Source: Nemertoderma westbladi
Lineage: Eukaryota > Animalia > Xenacoelomorpha
Length of the DNA stretch: 44,981 nucleotides
Direction: 5' to 3'
Assembly: GCA_032718475.1 (NCBI GenBank)
Contig: JAUCBJ010005672.1
Coordinates: 1-44,981 of the forward strand
Every line of letters begins with the position of its first letter. Positions within the stretch are counted from its first letter, which is position 1. The translations under genes were made by a program, and so were the position numbers. Below the pieces are notes generated by a model that saw only the letters and a program-made list of their open reading frames with translations, made no database searches and was not told the origin of the DNA. Positions 32,517 through 44,981 of the stretch are shown here, in pieces.

Positions 32517-32645
32517 CTCTTTATCAGCGGTGAGGTCATCGAGCAGATCAAGATCGCTTATGCTGATCGGTTGCTTATCAGGAGCAGCAGAGCCACCCAA
32601 TATCAACGGAATATTATCCGTTATGTCGTCAATTTCTTCGTTAAA
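32517..32645 (-). CDS. Putative 129-bp phase-0 internal exon of an unidentified gene, copy A
   Basis: ttttttctag|TTTAAC...AAAGAG|gtaaat; encodes FNEEIDDITDNIPLILGGSAAPDKQPISISDLDLLDDLTADKE; GC-richer than its flanks. Confidence 0.65.
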
Positions 32646-32779
32646 CTAGAAAAAATATAGATACATTGGATTGTGTTAATAAACAATGCTTGCAGGTTTG
32701 CAAAAAGTAACTCTTGCAAACCTCTTACCATGGTAGTTTCACACACAAAATCTCACAGCTAAAACTAACTGTGTTGGGA

Positions 32780-35700
32780 CAGTCAAAAACAATTTCGGAA
32801 TATTGTGACAGCCACAATCAATTGTAGTAATTTTGTGACAGCCACAAACAATTGTTTGAATGTTGTGACAGCCACAAACAATTGTCCAAATGTTGTGACA
32901 GCCGCGAACAATTGTCGTAATGTTGCGACAGCCACAAACAATTGTCGTAATGTTGTGACAGCCACAAACAATTGTCCAAATGTTGTGACAGCCGCGAACA
33001 ATTGTCGTAATGTTGCGACAGCCACAAACAATTGTCGCAATGTTGTGACAGCCACAAACAATTGTCGCAATATTATGACAGCCAAAAAAAATATCGTAAT
33101 GTTGTGACGGTCAAAAACAATTTCAGAATGTTGTGATAGCCACAATTAATAACTGTCGTAATGTTGTAAAAACAACAAACAATTGTCGTAATGTTGTGAC
33201 AGCCACAAACAATTGTCGTAATGTTGTGACAGCCACAAACAATTTTCGCAATATTGTGACAGCCAGAAACAATTGTCGCAATATTGTGACAGCCACAAAA
33301 AATTGTCGCAATGTTGTGACAGCTACAAACAATTTTCGTAATGTTTTGAAAGCCACAAACAATTGTCGTAATGTTGTGACAGCCACAAACAATTGTCGTA
33401 ATGTTGTGACAGCCACAAACAATTGTCTCAATATTGTGACAGCCACAAACAATTGTCGCAATATTGTGACAGCCACAAAAAATTGTCGTAATGTTGTGAC
33501 AGTCACAAACAATTGTCGCAATATTGTGACAGCCACAAACAATTGTAGCAATATTGTGACAGCCACAAAAATTGTCGTTTTGTTGTGACAGTCACAAAAA
33601 ATTGCAGAATGATTTAACAGCTGCAAAGAATTGCCGGAATGTTGTGACAGCCACAAACAATAGTCGTAGTTTTGTGATACGCACAAACAATGGAGGAATT
33701 CTGTATCAGCCACAAACAACTGCATTGTTGCAGTCTGCCGTGCAACCGTGACAGCTTCAAACAATTGTCGGAATGTTGAGACAGCCACAAACAATTGTCG
33801 CAGTATTGTGACAGCTACAAACAATTGTCGTAATGTTGTGACAGCCACGTACAATTGCCGGAATGTTGTGACAGCCAGAAAAAATAGTCGAAATGTTGTG
33901 ACAGCCACAACAAATTGTCGCAATGTTGTGACAGCCACAAACAATTATCGCACGGTTGTGACAGCCACAAACAATTGTCGTAATGTTGTGACAGCCACAA
34001 ACAATTGTCGTAATATTGTGACAGCCGCAAACAATGGTCGAAATGTGATAGCCACAAAAAAGTGTCGCAATGTTGTGACAGCCACAAACAATTGTCGCAA
34101 GGTTGTGACAGCCACAAACAATTGTCGTAATGTTGTGACAGCCACAAACAATTGTCGGAATGTTGTGACAGCAGCAAACATTTTTCGCAATGTTGGGACT
34201 GCCACAAACAATTGTCCGAATGTTGTGACAGCCACAAACAATTGTCGCAATGTTGTAACAGTCACAAACAATTGTCGTAATGTTGTGACAGCCACAAACA
34301 ATTATCCGAATGTTGTGACAGCCACAAACAATTGTCGTAATGTTGTAACAGCCACAAACAATTGTCGTAATGTTGTGACAGCCACAAACAATTGTCGCAA
34401 TATTATGACAGCCACAAAAAATATCGTAATGTTGTGACAGTCACAAACAATTGTCGCAAGGTTGTGACAGCCACAAACAATTGTCGTAATGTTGTGACAG
34501 CCACAAACAATTGTCGTAATGTTGTGACAACAACAAACAAATGTACGAATGTTGTGACAGCTACAAACAATTGTCGTAATGTTGTGACAGCCACAAACAT
34601 TTTTCGCAATGTTGTGACAGCCACAAACAATTGTCGCAATGTTGCAACAGTCACAAACAATTGTCGTAATGTTGTGACAGTAACAAACAATTGTCGTAAT
34701 GTTGTGACAGCCACAAACAATTGTGCGAATGTTGTGACAGCCACAAACAACTGTAGTAATTTTGTGACAGCTACAAACAATTGTCGCAATGTTGTGACAG
34801 TAACAAACAATTGTCGTAATGTTGTGACAGCAACAAACAAATGTACGAATGTTGTGACAGCTACAAACAATTGTCGTAATGTTGTGACAGCCACAAACAT
34901 TTTTCGCAATGTTGTGACAGCCACAAACAATTGTCGCAATGTTGTAACAGTCACAAACAATTGTCGTAATGTTGTGACAGTAACAAACAATTGTCGTAAT
35001 GTTGTGACAGCCACAAACAATTGTGCGAATGTTGTGACAGCCACAAACAACTGTAGTAATTTTGTGACAGCTACAAACAATTGTCGCAATGTTGTGACAG
35101 TAACAAACAATTGTCGTAATGTTGTGACAGCCACAAACAATTGTGCGAATGTTGTGACAGCTACAAACAATTGTCGTAATGTTGTGACAGCCACAAACAA
35201 TCGTACAAATGTTGTGACAGCCACAAACAATTGTCGTAATGTAGTGACAACTACAAACAATTGTATGAATATTGTGACAGCTACAAACAATTGTCGTAAT
35301 GTAGTGACAACTACAAACAATTGTCGTAATGTTGTGACAGCCACAAACAATTGTAATAATTTTGTGACAGCCACAAACAATTGTCCGAATGTTGTGATAG
35401 CTACAAACAATTGTCTTAATGTTGTGACAGCCACAAACAATTGTAGTAATTTTGTGACAGCCACAAACAATTATTGTCGTAATGTTGTGACAGCCACAAA
35501 CAATTATTATCGTAATGTTGTGACAGCCACAAACAATTATTGTCGTAATGTTGTGACAGCTACAAACAATTGTCGCAATGTTGTGACAGCCACAAACAAT
35601 TGTAGTAATTTTGTGACAGCCACAAACAATTGTAGTAATTTTGTGACAGCCACAAACAATTATTGTCGTAATGTTGTGACAGCCACAAACAATTATTATC

Positions 35701-36070
35701 GTAATGTTGTGACAGCCACAAACAATTGTAGTAATTTTGTGACAGCCACAAACAATTGTAGTAATTTTGCGACAGCCACAAACAATTATTGTCGTAATGT
35801 TGTGAAAGCAAAAAACAATTATCGCAATCATGTGACAGCTACAAACAATTGTAGTAATGTTGTGACAGTTACAAACAATTGTAATGTTGTGACAGCCACA
35901 AACAATTATTGTCGTAATGTTGTGACAGCCACAAACAATTATTGTCGTAATGTTGTGACAGCCACAAACAATTATTGTCGTAATGTTGTGACAGCCACAA
36001 ACTAATACCAAAATGTTGTGGCAGTTGCTAACAATTGCAATAATTTTGTGACTGACATACACAAACAAAT
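32780..36070. repeat. 30-bp satellite, array B (about 105 units; 33-bp variants at the right end)
   Basis: Same unit as array A, with higher-order duplications of variant blocks. Confidence 0.97.
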
Positions 36071-36136
36071 GCCACAATTAATCATCAACAAAATATTTAA
36101 ATTTATCATCAAAATAATATAAGTGTGTAAATTTAC

Positions 36137-36265
36137 CTCCTTATCAGCGGTGGGTTCATCGAGCAGATCAAGATCGCTTGTGCAGATCGGTTGCTTATCA
36201 GGAGCAGCAGAGCCACCCAATATCAACGGAATATTATCCGTTATGTCGTCAATTTCTTCGTTAAA
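36137..36265 (-). CDS. Putative 129-bp phase-0 internal exon, copy B
   Basis: Same splice sites; encodes FNEEIDDITDNIPLILGGSAAPDKQPICTSDLDLLDEPTADKE. Flanks 36098-36350 duplicate 32478-32730. Confidence 0.65.
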
Positions 36266-37382
36266 CTAGAAAAAATATAGATATATTGGATTGTGTTAAT
36301 AAACAATGCTTGCAGGTTTGCACAAAGTAACTCTTGCAACCCTCTTACCATTAGGTAAGCTCTTACCAAATTAGTTACAATATTTCAGAGTGAACAATAT
36401 ATCCGTCTACTACTGCAACTTTACTATGTATGTGAGAGATATATTTCCAGCCTGCTTCCAAAATAGCCAATCGGAATGGCAGTACAATATTCTAGAATGC
36501 ATATTAAGCATAGAATATATGCAAAGCATAGCCAGCTGGCTTTGGAGGACCTGGTATTATTCACATGGGCGCTTATTGGCATTCGGAGCTCTGTATGCAA
36601 CCTTTATGCATGTGCATTAAGTCAATATAATATCATGTGAAGAAAACCTTTGTATTACTAAATTGAAACTAGGCTTATGAAATTTCTGTGGAAAACAACT
36701 ATCAAAGTGTTTTCTTCCGTTCTTGTGATATTTAGCCCCGAAATTTTACGAATAAAGATAGAATGGTCTTTATTCCTACATATGTACATGTATGGAAGGA
36801 AGGTGAAACAAAGGCAACATAATATTTTCATAAAAATAGCGGATATTTACGGGCGGTGAAATAGGCAGTTTTTTAGAACGAAATTTCTTAGGGATGGATG
36901 ATAAGGGATAAAATATTATTTGTTTTAAAAGGTATTGTAATAAACGGTTCATATTTTTATATTACAGGATCAAGCAACAATATCAAGCAATAAAGTAATT
37001 TAGTAAAAGTAGCCAATTTTATTTTATAAAAAGAATAAAATGGCGTATTGCTAACAATGCAAAGTAAGACTACATTCTTTCACGTCTCGAGAATGTTGAA
37101 AGAAATTTATGCTTTTCTTGTTTAAAGTTCCCTAATACCTAAAAATAATGTCTATTACCAAATATTTGAGGACATATGTATATGGAAAGTTGTGAGATAT
37201 AAGATTGAAATGCATTTCATTTATTAAGTGCATTACCAAGTCAGTACGTTACAAAAGTGTTTAAAAATTTCATATTTGTGATAGAGAAGCATTTCGCCTT
37301 GTTTTGACCATTTTAGGTTTATATAATATACTCCAAGCCATACTTACAAGTCTTCCTCATCTTACATACCTTGTGCGGTATT

Positions 37383-37455
37383 TCTGTTTTTTTAGTTTAT
37401 TTCCCTGATGATGCCCCTAGTGGGAGAACTTAATTGGATTGTATAATAAAACAGA
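37383..37455 (+). ncRNA. Degenerate hammerhead-ribozyme-like motif (Penelope-type)
   Basis: TCC-CTGATGA-T-GCCC-ctagt-GGGA-GAAC-TTAATT-GGA with outer TCTGTTTT/AAAACAGA pairing; the GAAA core is mutated. Confidence 0.35.
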
Positions 37456-37790
37456 TAGAGTCGGGCGTAAAGAAACTCCTTTATTTCTCAGTCAGTACAC
37501 GAAATGCATTGTCGCGCCCTGAAGTCGGCTTGCCGTTTGATTAATAACTTTAATATGATAGATGTCTGGCTATGAGTAAATTGCAATGACTTCACATATA
37601 TATGTCTTAAGTCAAATGTGAATGAGCTACAAGTACGTTAAAGCACCAATATTAACATTATGTGAAGAAAACCTATGTATTCATTCAGACTGGCCCACAT
37701 TGACTATTATAGGGTCTTCTCCGTTTTTTCAGAATCAATATGCCTAAAATGATCTATGGCTATGAGTAAAGGGTAACAGTATAACATAAG

Positions 37791-40700
37791 GACTATCGTC
37801 CCCAACACCCCCACTTCTTTTCTTGGGGGCTATCGTCCCCAACACCCCCACTTCTTTTCTTGGGGGCTATCGTCCCCAACACCCCCACTTCTTTTCTTGG
37901 GGGCTATCGTCCCCAACACACTCACTTCTTTTCTTGGGGGCTATCGTCCCCAACACCCCCACTTCTTTTCTTGGGGGCTATCGTCCCCAACACCCCCACT
38001 TCTTTTCTTGGGGGCTATCGTCCCCAACACCCCCACTTCTTTTCTTGGGGGCTATCGTCCCCAACACCCCCACTTCTTTTCTTGGGGGCTATCGTCCCCA
38101 ACACCCCCACTTCTTTTCTTGGGGGCTATCGTCCCCAACACCCCCACTTCTTTTCTTGGGGGCTATCGTCCCCAACACCCCCACTTCTTTTCTTGGGGGC
38201 TATCGTCCCCAACACCCCCACTTCTTTTCTTGGGGGCTATCGTCCCCAACACCCCCACTTCTTTTCTTGGGGGCTATCGTCCCCCACACCCCCACTTCTT
38301 TTGTTGGGGGCTATCGTCCCCAACACCCCCACTTCTTTTCTTGGGGGCTATCGTCCCCAACACCCCCACTTCTTTTCTTGGGGGCTATCGTCCCCCACAC
38401 CCCCACTTCTTTTGTTGGGGGCTATCTTCTCCAACACACCCACTTATTTTCTTGGGGGCTATCGTCCCCAACACCCCCACTTGTTTTCTTGGGGGCTATC
38501 GTCCCCAACACCCCCACTTCTTTTCTTGTGGGATATCGTCCCCAACACCCCCACTTCTTTTCTTGGGGCTATCGTCCCCAACACACCCACTTCTTTTCTT
38601 CGGGGCTATCGTCCCCAACACCCCTTTTCTTTTCTTGGGGGCTATCGTCGCCAACACCCCCACTTTTTTTCTTGGGGGCTATCGTCCCCAACACCCTCAC
38701 TTCTTTTCTTGGGGGCTATCGTCCCCAACACCCCCACTTATTTTCTTGGGGGCTATCGTCCCCAACACCCCCACTTCTTTTCTTGGGGGCTATCGTCCCC
38801 AACACCCCCACTTCTTTTCTTGGGGGCTATCGTCCCCAACACCCCCACTTCTTTTCTTGGGGGCTATCGTCCCCAACACCCCCACTTCTTTTCTTGGGGG
38901 CTATCGTCCCCAACATCCCCACTTCTTTTCTTGGGGGCTATCGTCCCCAACACCCCCACTTCTTTTCTTGGGGGCTATCGTCCCCAACACCCCCACTTCT
39001 TTTCTTGGGGGCTATCGTCCCCAACACCCCCACTTCTTTTCTTGGGGGCTATCGTCCCCAACACCCCCACTTCTTTTCTTGGGGGCTATCGTCCTCAACA
39101 CCCCCACTTCTTTTCTTGGGGGCTATCGTCCCCCACACCCCCACTTCTTTTGATGGGGGCTATCTTCTCCAACACACCCACTTATTTTCTTGGGGGCTAT
39201 CGTCCCAAACACCCCCACTTGTTTTCTTGGGGGCTATCGTCCCCAACACCCCCACTTCTTTTCTTGTGGGCTATCGTCCCCAACACCCCCACTTCTTTTC
39301 TTGGGGCTATCGTCCCCAACACACCCACTTCTTTTCTTCGGGGCTATCGTCCCCAACACCCTTTTCTTTTCTTGGGGGCTATCGTCGCCAACACCCCCAC
39401 TTTTTTTCTTGGGGGCTATCGTCCCCAACACCCTCACTTCTTTTCTTGGGGGCTATCGTCCCCAACACCACCACTTATTTTCTTGGGGGCTATCGTCCCC
39501 AACACCCCCACTTCTTTTCTTGGGGGCTATCGTCCCCAACATCCCCACTTCTTTTCTTGGGGGCTATCGTCCCCAACACCCCCACTTCTTTTCTTGGGGG
39601 CTATCGTCCCCAACACCCCCACTTCTTTTCTTGGGGGTTATCGTCCCCAACACCCCCACTTCTTTTCTTGGGGGCTATCGTCCCCAACACCCTCACTTCT
39701 TTTCTTGGGGGCTATCGTCCCCAACACCCCCACTTCTTTTCTTGGGGGCTATCGTCCCCAACACCACCACTTCTTTTCTTGTGGTCTATCGTCCCCAACA
39801 CCCCCACTTCTTTTCTTGGGGGCTATCGTCCCCAACACCCCCACTTCTTTTCTTGGGGGCTATCGTCGCCAACACCCCCACTTCTTTTCTTGGGGGCTAT
39901 CGTCCCCAACACCCCCACTTCTGTTCTTGGGGGCTATCGTCCCCAACACCCCCACTTGTTTTCTTGGGGGCTATCGTCCCCAACACCCCCACTTCTTTTC
40001 TTGTGGGCTATCGTCCCCAACACACCCACTTCTTTTCTTCGGGGCTATCGTCCCCAACACCCCTTTTCTTTTCTTGGGGGCTATCGTCGCCAACACCCCC
40101 ACTTCTTTTCTTGGGGGCTATCGTCCCCAACACTCCCACTTCTTTTCTTGGGGGCTATCGTCCCCCACACCCCCACTTCTTTTGTTGGGGGCTATCGTCG
40201 CCAACACCCCCACTTTTTTTCTTGGGGGCTATCGTCCCCAACACCCTCACTTCTTTTCTTGGGGGCTATCGTCCCCAACACTCCCACTTATTTTCTTGGG
40301 GGCTATCGTCCCCAACACCCCCACTTCTTTTCTTGGGGGCTATCGTCCCCAACACCCCCACTTCTTTTCTTGGGGGCTATCGTCCCCAACACCCCCACTT
40401 CTTTTCTTGGGGGCTATCGTCCCCAACACCCCCACTTCTTTTCTTGGGGGCTATCGTCCCCAACACCCCCACTTCTTTTCTTGGGGGCTATCGTCCCCAA
40501 CACCACCACTTCTTTTCTTGTGGTCTATCGTCCCCAACACCCCCACTTCTTTTCTTCGGGGCTATCGTCCCCAACACCCCTTTTCTTTTCTTGGGGGCTA
40601 TCGTCGCCAACACCCCCACTTCTTTTCTTGGGGGCTATCGTCCCCAACACCCTCACTTCTTTTCTTGGGGGCTATCGTCCCCAACACCCCCACTTATTTT

Positions 40701-43020
40701 CTTGGGGGCTATCGTCCCCAACACCCCCACTTCTTTTCTTGGGGGCTATCGTCCCCAACACCACCACTTCTTTTCTTGTGGTCTATCGTCCCCAACACCC
40801 CCACTTCTTTTCTTGGGGCTATCGTCCCCAACACCCCCACTTCTTTTCTTGGGGGCTATCGTCGCCAACACCCCCACTTCTTTTCTTGGGGGCTATCGTC
40901 ACCAACACCCCCACTTCTTTTCTTGGGGGCTATCGTCCCCAACACCCCCACTTCTGTTCTTGGGGGCTATCGTCCCCAACACCTCCACTTCTTTTCTTGG
41001 GGGCTATCGTCCCCAACACCCCCACTTGTTTTCTTGGGGGCTATCGTCCCCAACACCCCCACTTCTTTTCTTGTGGGCTATCGTCCCCAACACCCCACTT
41101 CTTTTCTTCGGGGCTATCGTCCCCAACACCCCTTTTCTTTTCTTGGGGGCTATCGTCGCCAACACCCCCACTTCTTTTCTTGGGGGCTATCGTCCCCAAC
41201 ACCCCCACTTCTTTTCTTGGGGGCTATCGTCCCCAACACCCTCGCTTCTTTTCTTGGGGGCTATCGTCCCCAACACCCCCACTTATTTTCTTGGGGGCTA
41301 TCGTCCCCAACACCCCCACTTCTTTTCTTGGGGGCTATCGTCCCCAACACCACCACTTCTTTTCTTGTGGTCTATCGTCCCCAACACCCCCACTTCTTTT
41401 CTTGGGGGCTATCGTCCCCAACACCCCCACTTGTTTTCTTGGGGGCTATCGTCCCCAACACCCCCACTTCTTTTCTTGTGGGATATCGTCCCCAACACCC
41501 CCACTTCTTTTCTTGGGGCTATCGTCCCCAACACACCCACTTCTTTTCTTCGGGGCTATCGTCCCCAACACCCCTTTTCTTTTCTTGGGGGCTATCGTCG
41601 CCAACACCCCCACTTTTTTTCTTGGGGGCTATCGTCCCCAACACCCTCACTTCTTTTCTTGGGGGCTATCGTCCCCAACACCCCCACTTATTTTCTTGGG
41701 GGCTATCGTCCCCAACACCCCCACTTCTTTTCTTGGGGGCTATCGTCCCCAACACCCCCACTTCTTTTCTTGGGGGCTATCGTCCCCAACACCCCCACTT
41801 CTTTTGTTGGGGGCTATCGTCCCCAACACACCCACTTCTTTTCTTCGGGGCTATCGTCCCCAACACCCCTTTTCTTTTCTTGGGGGCTATCGTCGCCAAC
41901 ACCCCCACTTCTTTTCTTGGGGGCTATCGTCCCCAACACCCCCACTTCTTTTCTTGGGGGCTATCGTCCCCAACACCCCCACTTCTTTTCTTGGGGGCTA
42001 TCGTCCCCCACACCCCCACTTCTTTTGTTGGGGGCTATCGTCGCCAACACCCCCACTTTTTTTCTTGGGGGCTATCGTCCCCAACACCCTCACTTCTTTT
42101 CTTGGGGGCTATCGTCCCCAACACTCCCACTTATTTTCTTGGGGGCTATCGTCCCCAACACCACCACTTCTTTTCTTGTGGTCTATCGTCCCCAACACCC
42201 CCACTTCTTTTCTTGGGGGCTATCGTCCCCAACACCACCACTTCTTTTCTTGTGGTCTATCGTCCCCAACACCCCCACTTCTTTTCTTGGGGGCTATCGT
42301 CCCCAACACCCCCACTTCTTTTCTTGGGGGCTATCGTCGCCAACACCCCCACTTCTTTTCTTGGGGGCTATTGTCACCAACACCCCCACTTCTTTTCTTG
42401 GGGGCTATCGTCCCCAACACCCCCACTTATTTTCTTGGGGGCTATCGTCCCCAACACCACCACTTATTTTCTTGGGGGCTATCGTCCCCAACACCCCCAC
42501 TTCTTTTCTTGGGGGATATCGTCCCCAACACCACCACTTCTTTTCTTGGGGGCTATCGTCCCCAACACCCCCACTTCTTTTCTTGGGGGATATCGTCCCC
42601 AACACCCCCACTTCGTTTCTTGGGGGCTATCGTCCCCAACACCCCCACTTCTTTTCTTGGGGGCTATCGTCCCCAGCACCCCCACTTCATTTCTTGGGGG
42701 CTATCGTCCCCAACACCCCCACTTCTTTTCTTGGGGGCTATCGTCCCCAGCACCCCCACTTCATTTCTTGGGGGCTATCGTCCCCAACACCCCCACTTCT
42801 TTTCTTGGGGGCTATCGTCCCCAACACCCCCACTTCTTTTCTTGGGGGCTATCGTCCCCAGCACCCCCACTTCATTTCTTGGGGGCTATCGTCCCCAACA
42901 CCCCCACTTCTTTTCTTGGGGGCTATCGTCGCCAACACCCCCACTTCTTTTCTTGGGGGCTATCGTCCCCAACACCCCCACTTCCCACTTCTTTTCTTGG
43001 GGGCTATCGCCCCCAAACCC
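37791..43020. repeat. 37-bp satellite, about 140 units
   Basis: Unit TTGGGGGCTATCGTCCCCAACACCCCCACTTCTTTTC, with recurring higher-order blocks of variants. Confidence 0.98.
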
Positions 43021-43999
43021 CGGCATTTCCCTTAGTGCCCGTGGTGTAAGGCTTTAATACCATTTTGAACTAATTAATTCATGTTTGTATCATCAGATAA
43101 TAAATTGACTAAGCCTAAAGTAGGAGCTGTATTGAATGTTAACCAAATTTATATATAAATTACTACGATATTATATAATTCAACAAAATCGTATTGAAAA
43201 TATTGCAAGTAACCAGGAAATTTAATTCATTTATCAATATGTAATGCTAAACACAGAATACATATCAACGCATGTCGATTTTTCCCTGGAGAGGTATAAT
43301 TTTGATTGAAACAATAATATTCATCATTAAATAACATTCATCGAAGAAGACTATTACCTAATAATTCCTGTAATTAAATCAATTAATTATTATTATTCCA
43401 AAATTGAATATATATAAGAATATATACAATGCGATTGAATATACGTGTGAAGATAATGTGTGAACAAATAAATGTTATCCATGAAATAACCTTGGTCGTT
43501 AGGGGGCGTACTAATTTATAGATTGGAGTGTTTTTATGAGTGCAAACATCATGTATTCTTCACACGGCTGGATTTAGCTTTAAAATAACTTAGAAGATTT
43601 TTACTTTCGTTTGACGGCCATGTGAAGAAAACGTGAGAAGAAACTTTTTTTGTGAACATAACAGGTATTAAGACACATATGATGTGATCAAAACATGCAC
43701 CATCCCCGGACCCCCCCACACACACACACACACACACACACAGACTTTTTAAAAACGGCCATAGTATATTTATATCAGTTCACTGATGGCTCGCCATTCG
43801 TGTCTCGCCCCACAACAAAGTTTATAGTATTCTTGGGGCTTATAATATATTTACACAGGATAGAATAATCATAGAACTGGTTAACGAATTGATGTGGCCT
43901 CCCACAGTTAACAACAATAACATGGTACAAACAAAGATACTCAACGAAACAAATCCTACTTAAAATTTGCACTCTATAAATTCCTACCTAGAAATTTGC

Positions 44000-44260
44000 A
44001 CAGTGGCTTATAATTTACCGCCTTCCAGCTTCCACGATATCCAATAGAGCATGTCCCTTCACGGAACTCGACAAAAATACCAAGGTTAAGCAAGATCTTG
44101 TGAGTCTTCACAAAGGAAGTCGATTCCTTTCACAGAAATCAAAAATCCCTGTATTGACAACACTAGTGATCATCTAAGCGCATCCAGAAACTAAAAGACG
44201 AATCCATTCACTGAATTCAAGCTTCTAGAGTCAGGAGATAGCCGGAGTTTACTTACTTAC
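44000..44260 (+). mobile_element. Possible decayed LINE (RTE-like) 3' end
   Basis: Broken frames (IYRLPASTISNRA...KLLESGDSRS) ending in a (TTAC)n tail. Confidence 0.3.
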
Positions 44261-44359
44261 AGTATACTACTAGTAGTGATTGCCTACAAATTTGCACTCC
44301 AGCCTTAATTCTATGAAGTACTTATCTATGAGTACCAGTTAAATAACTGGGAGCAAAAA

Positions 44360-44470
44360 CTTGGGATAGGAGTAGCGCCCACCCCTACCCTCGGGTAGCA
44401 GCTATCGAAAGAGGAGCCTTCGGGTCGCCTCCGGCTTCGGCCGACTGTTTGCTTTTGCTTTTTTACTTAT
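44360..44470 (+). mobile_element. SINE/LINE 3' tail fragment with stem-loops
   Basis: GGAGTAGCGCCCACCCCTACCCTCGGGTAGCAGCTATCGAAAGAGGAGCCTTCGGGTCGCCTCCGGCTTCGGCCG followed by a TTTGC/TTTAC tail; resembles invertebrate SINE tails as recalled, not searched. Confidence 0.5.
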
Positions 44471-44981
44471 CTATAAAATATATCGTTATATATGGGTACC
44501 CTAAAAATTCAATAGAAATAAACTTACTAAAAATTAAAGTATATGAGAAAATTCGCGTATAACCAATGTAACATTATAGTTAGACATTTAAATAACAAAA
44601 ATAACATAATTTTAGTAAAGTTTTAACGATATTTATCGAATAATTCGCACTTTCAAAAAATGTAAATTTGAAAAATACTGGGTCCTACTTTCTAGCGGCA
44701 ACATCCTCCCCCTCCAAAGGGGCTACTACATCACACTGATGAAGTAGTGCCTTTTTATATCAATTTTACAGTATCAGATACCTCATGGAATACTAAATAT
44801 ATATTATCTATATTTAGTATTCCATGGATACCTTAATGCTTAATCAAAAATAATAATAATAATAAAATAAGGAAATTCAAAACAATATCATATACCTCCA
44901 GCCACCATAAATATGTCCCTGTGTATGTATTTAATAAAGTTAGTTTGCTAATTAATTTCGCTTTCTGTACCATCCTTTAAA

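Noticed and set aside
31913-36077. Many ORFs on both strands of the 30-bp satellite
   Set aside because: Several frames are open at once, most starts are non-ATG and frameshifts are present; only the NNCRNVVTAT frame is kept as a weak lead.
37823-43057. Giant ORFs of 1744, 1729 and 1281 aa
   Set aside because: Artefacts of a stop-free 37-bp unit. All three plus frames give the same cyclic peptide and the starts are non-ATG.
44728-44756. Hairpin containing CTGATGA followed by a T run (hammerhead or intrinsic terminator)
   Set aside because: No GAAA core or three-way junction, and bacterial terminators are irrelevant here.

Overview
AT-rich, repeat-dense window of eukaryotic DNA, probably from an invertebrate animal; no prokaryotic features were seen. 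From left to right: (1) the 5' part of a minus-strand BEL/Pao LTR retrotransposon (gag ORF running off the left edge, PBS, LTR containing a tRNA-like sequence); (2) an IS3EU-like DNA transposon with convergent genes, a deletion-broken DDE transposase and an intact 679-aa HECT E3 ligase, ending in a palindromic subterminal array; (3) a tandem segmental duplication (4.4 and 5.5 kb units), each unit carrying an identical 78-aa secreted Pro-rich peptide precursor (signal peptide, KR site, C-terminal amidation Gly); (4) MITEs; (5) a plus-strand BEL/Pao element with a ~2.9 kb candidate LTR and a 2539-aa gag-pol, truncated at the integrase C-terminus by an inverted related LTR; (6) a 30-bp satellite interleaved with two copies of a 129-bp minus-strand exon; (7) a 5.2 kb 37-bp satellite and LINE/SINE debris. 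Comparing the duplicated units shows short TA-flanked insertions (TACTGTA, TAGGCCTA, TACAGTGTA) that look like DNA-transposon excision footprints. All family assignments come from motif recognition by eye; no searches were run.
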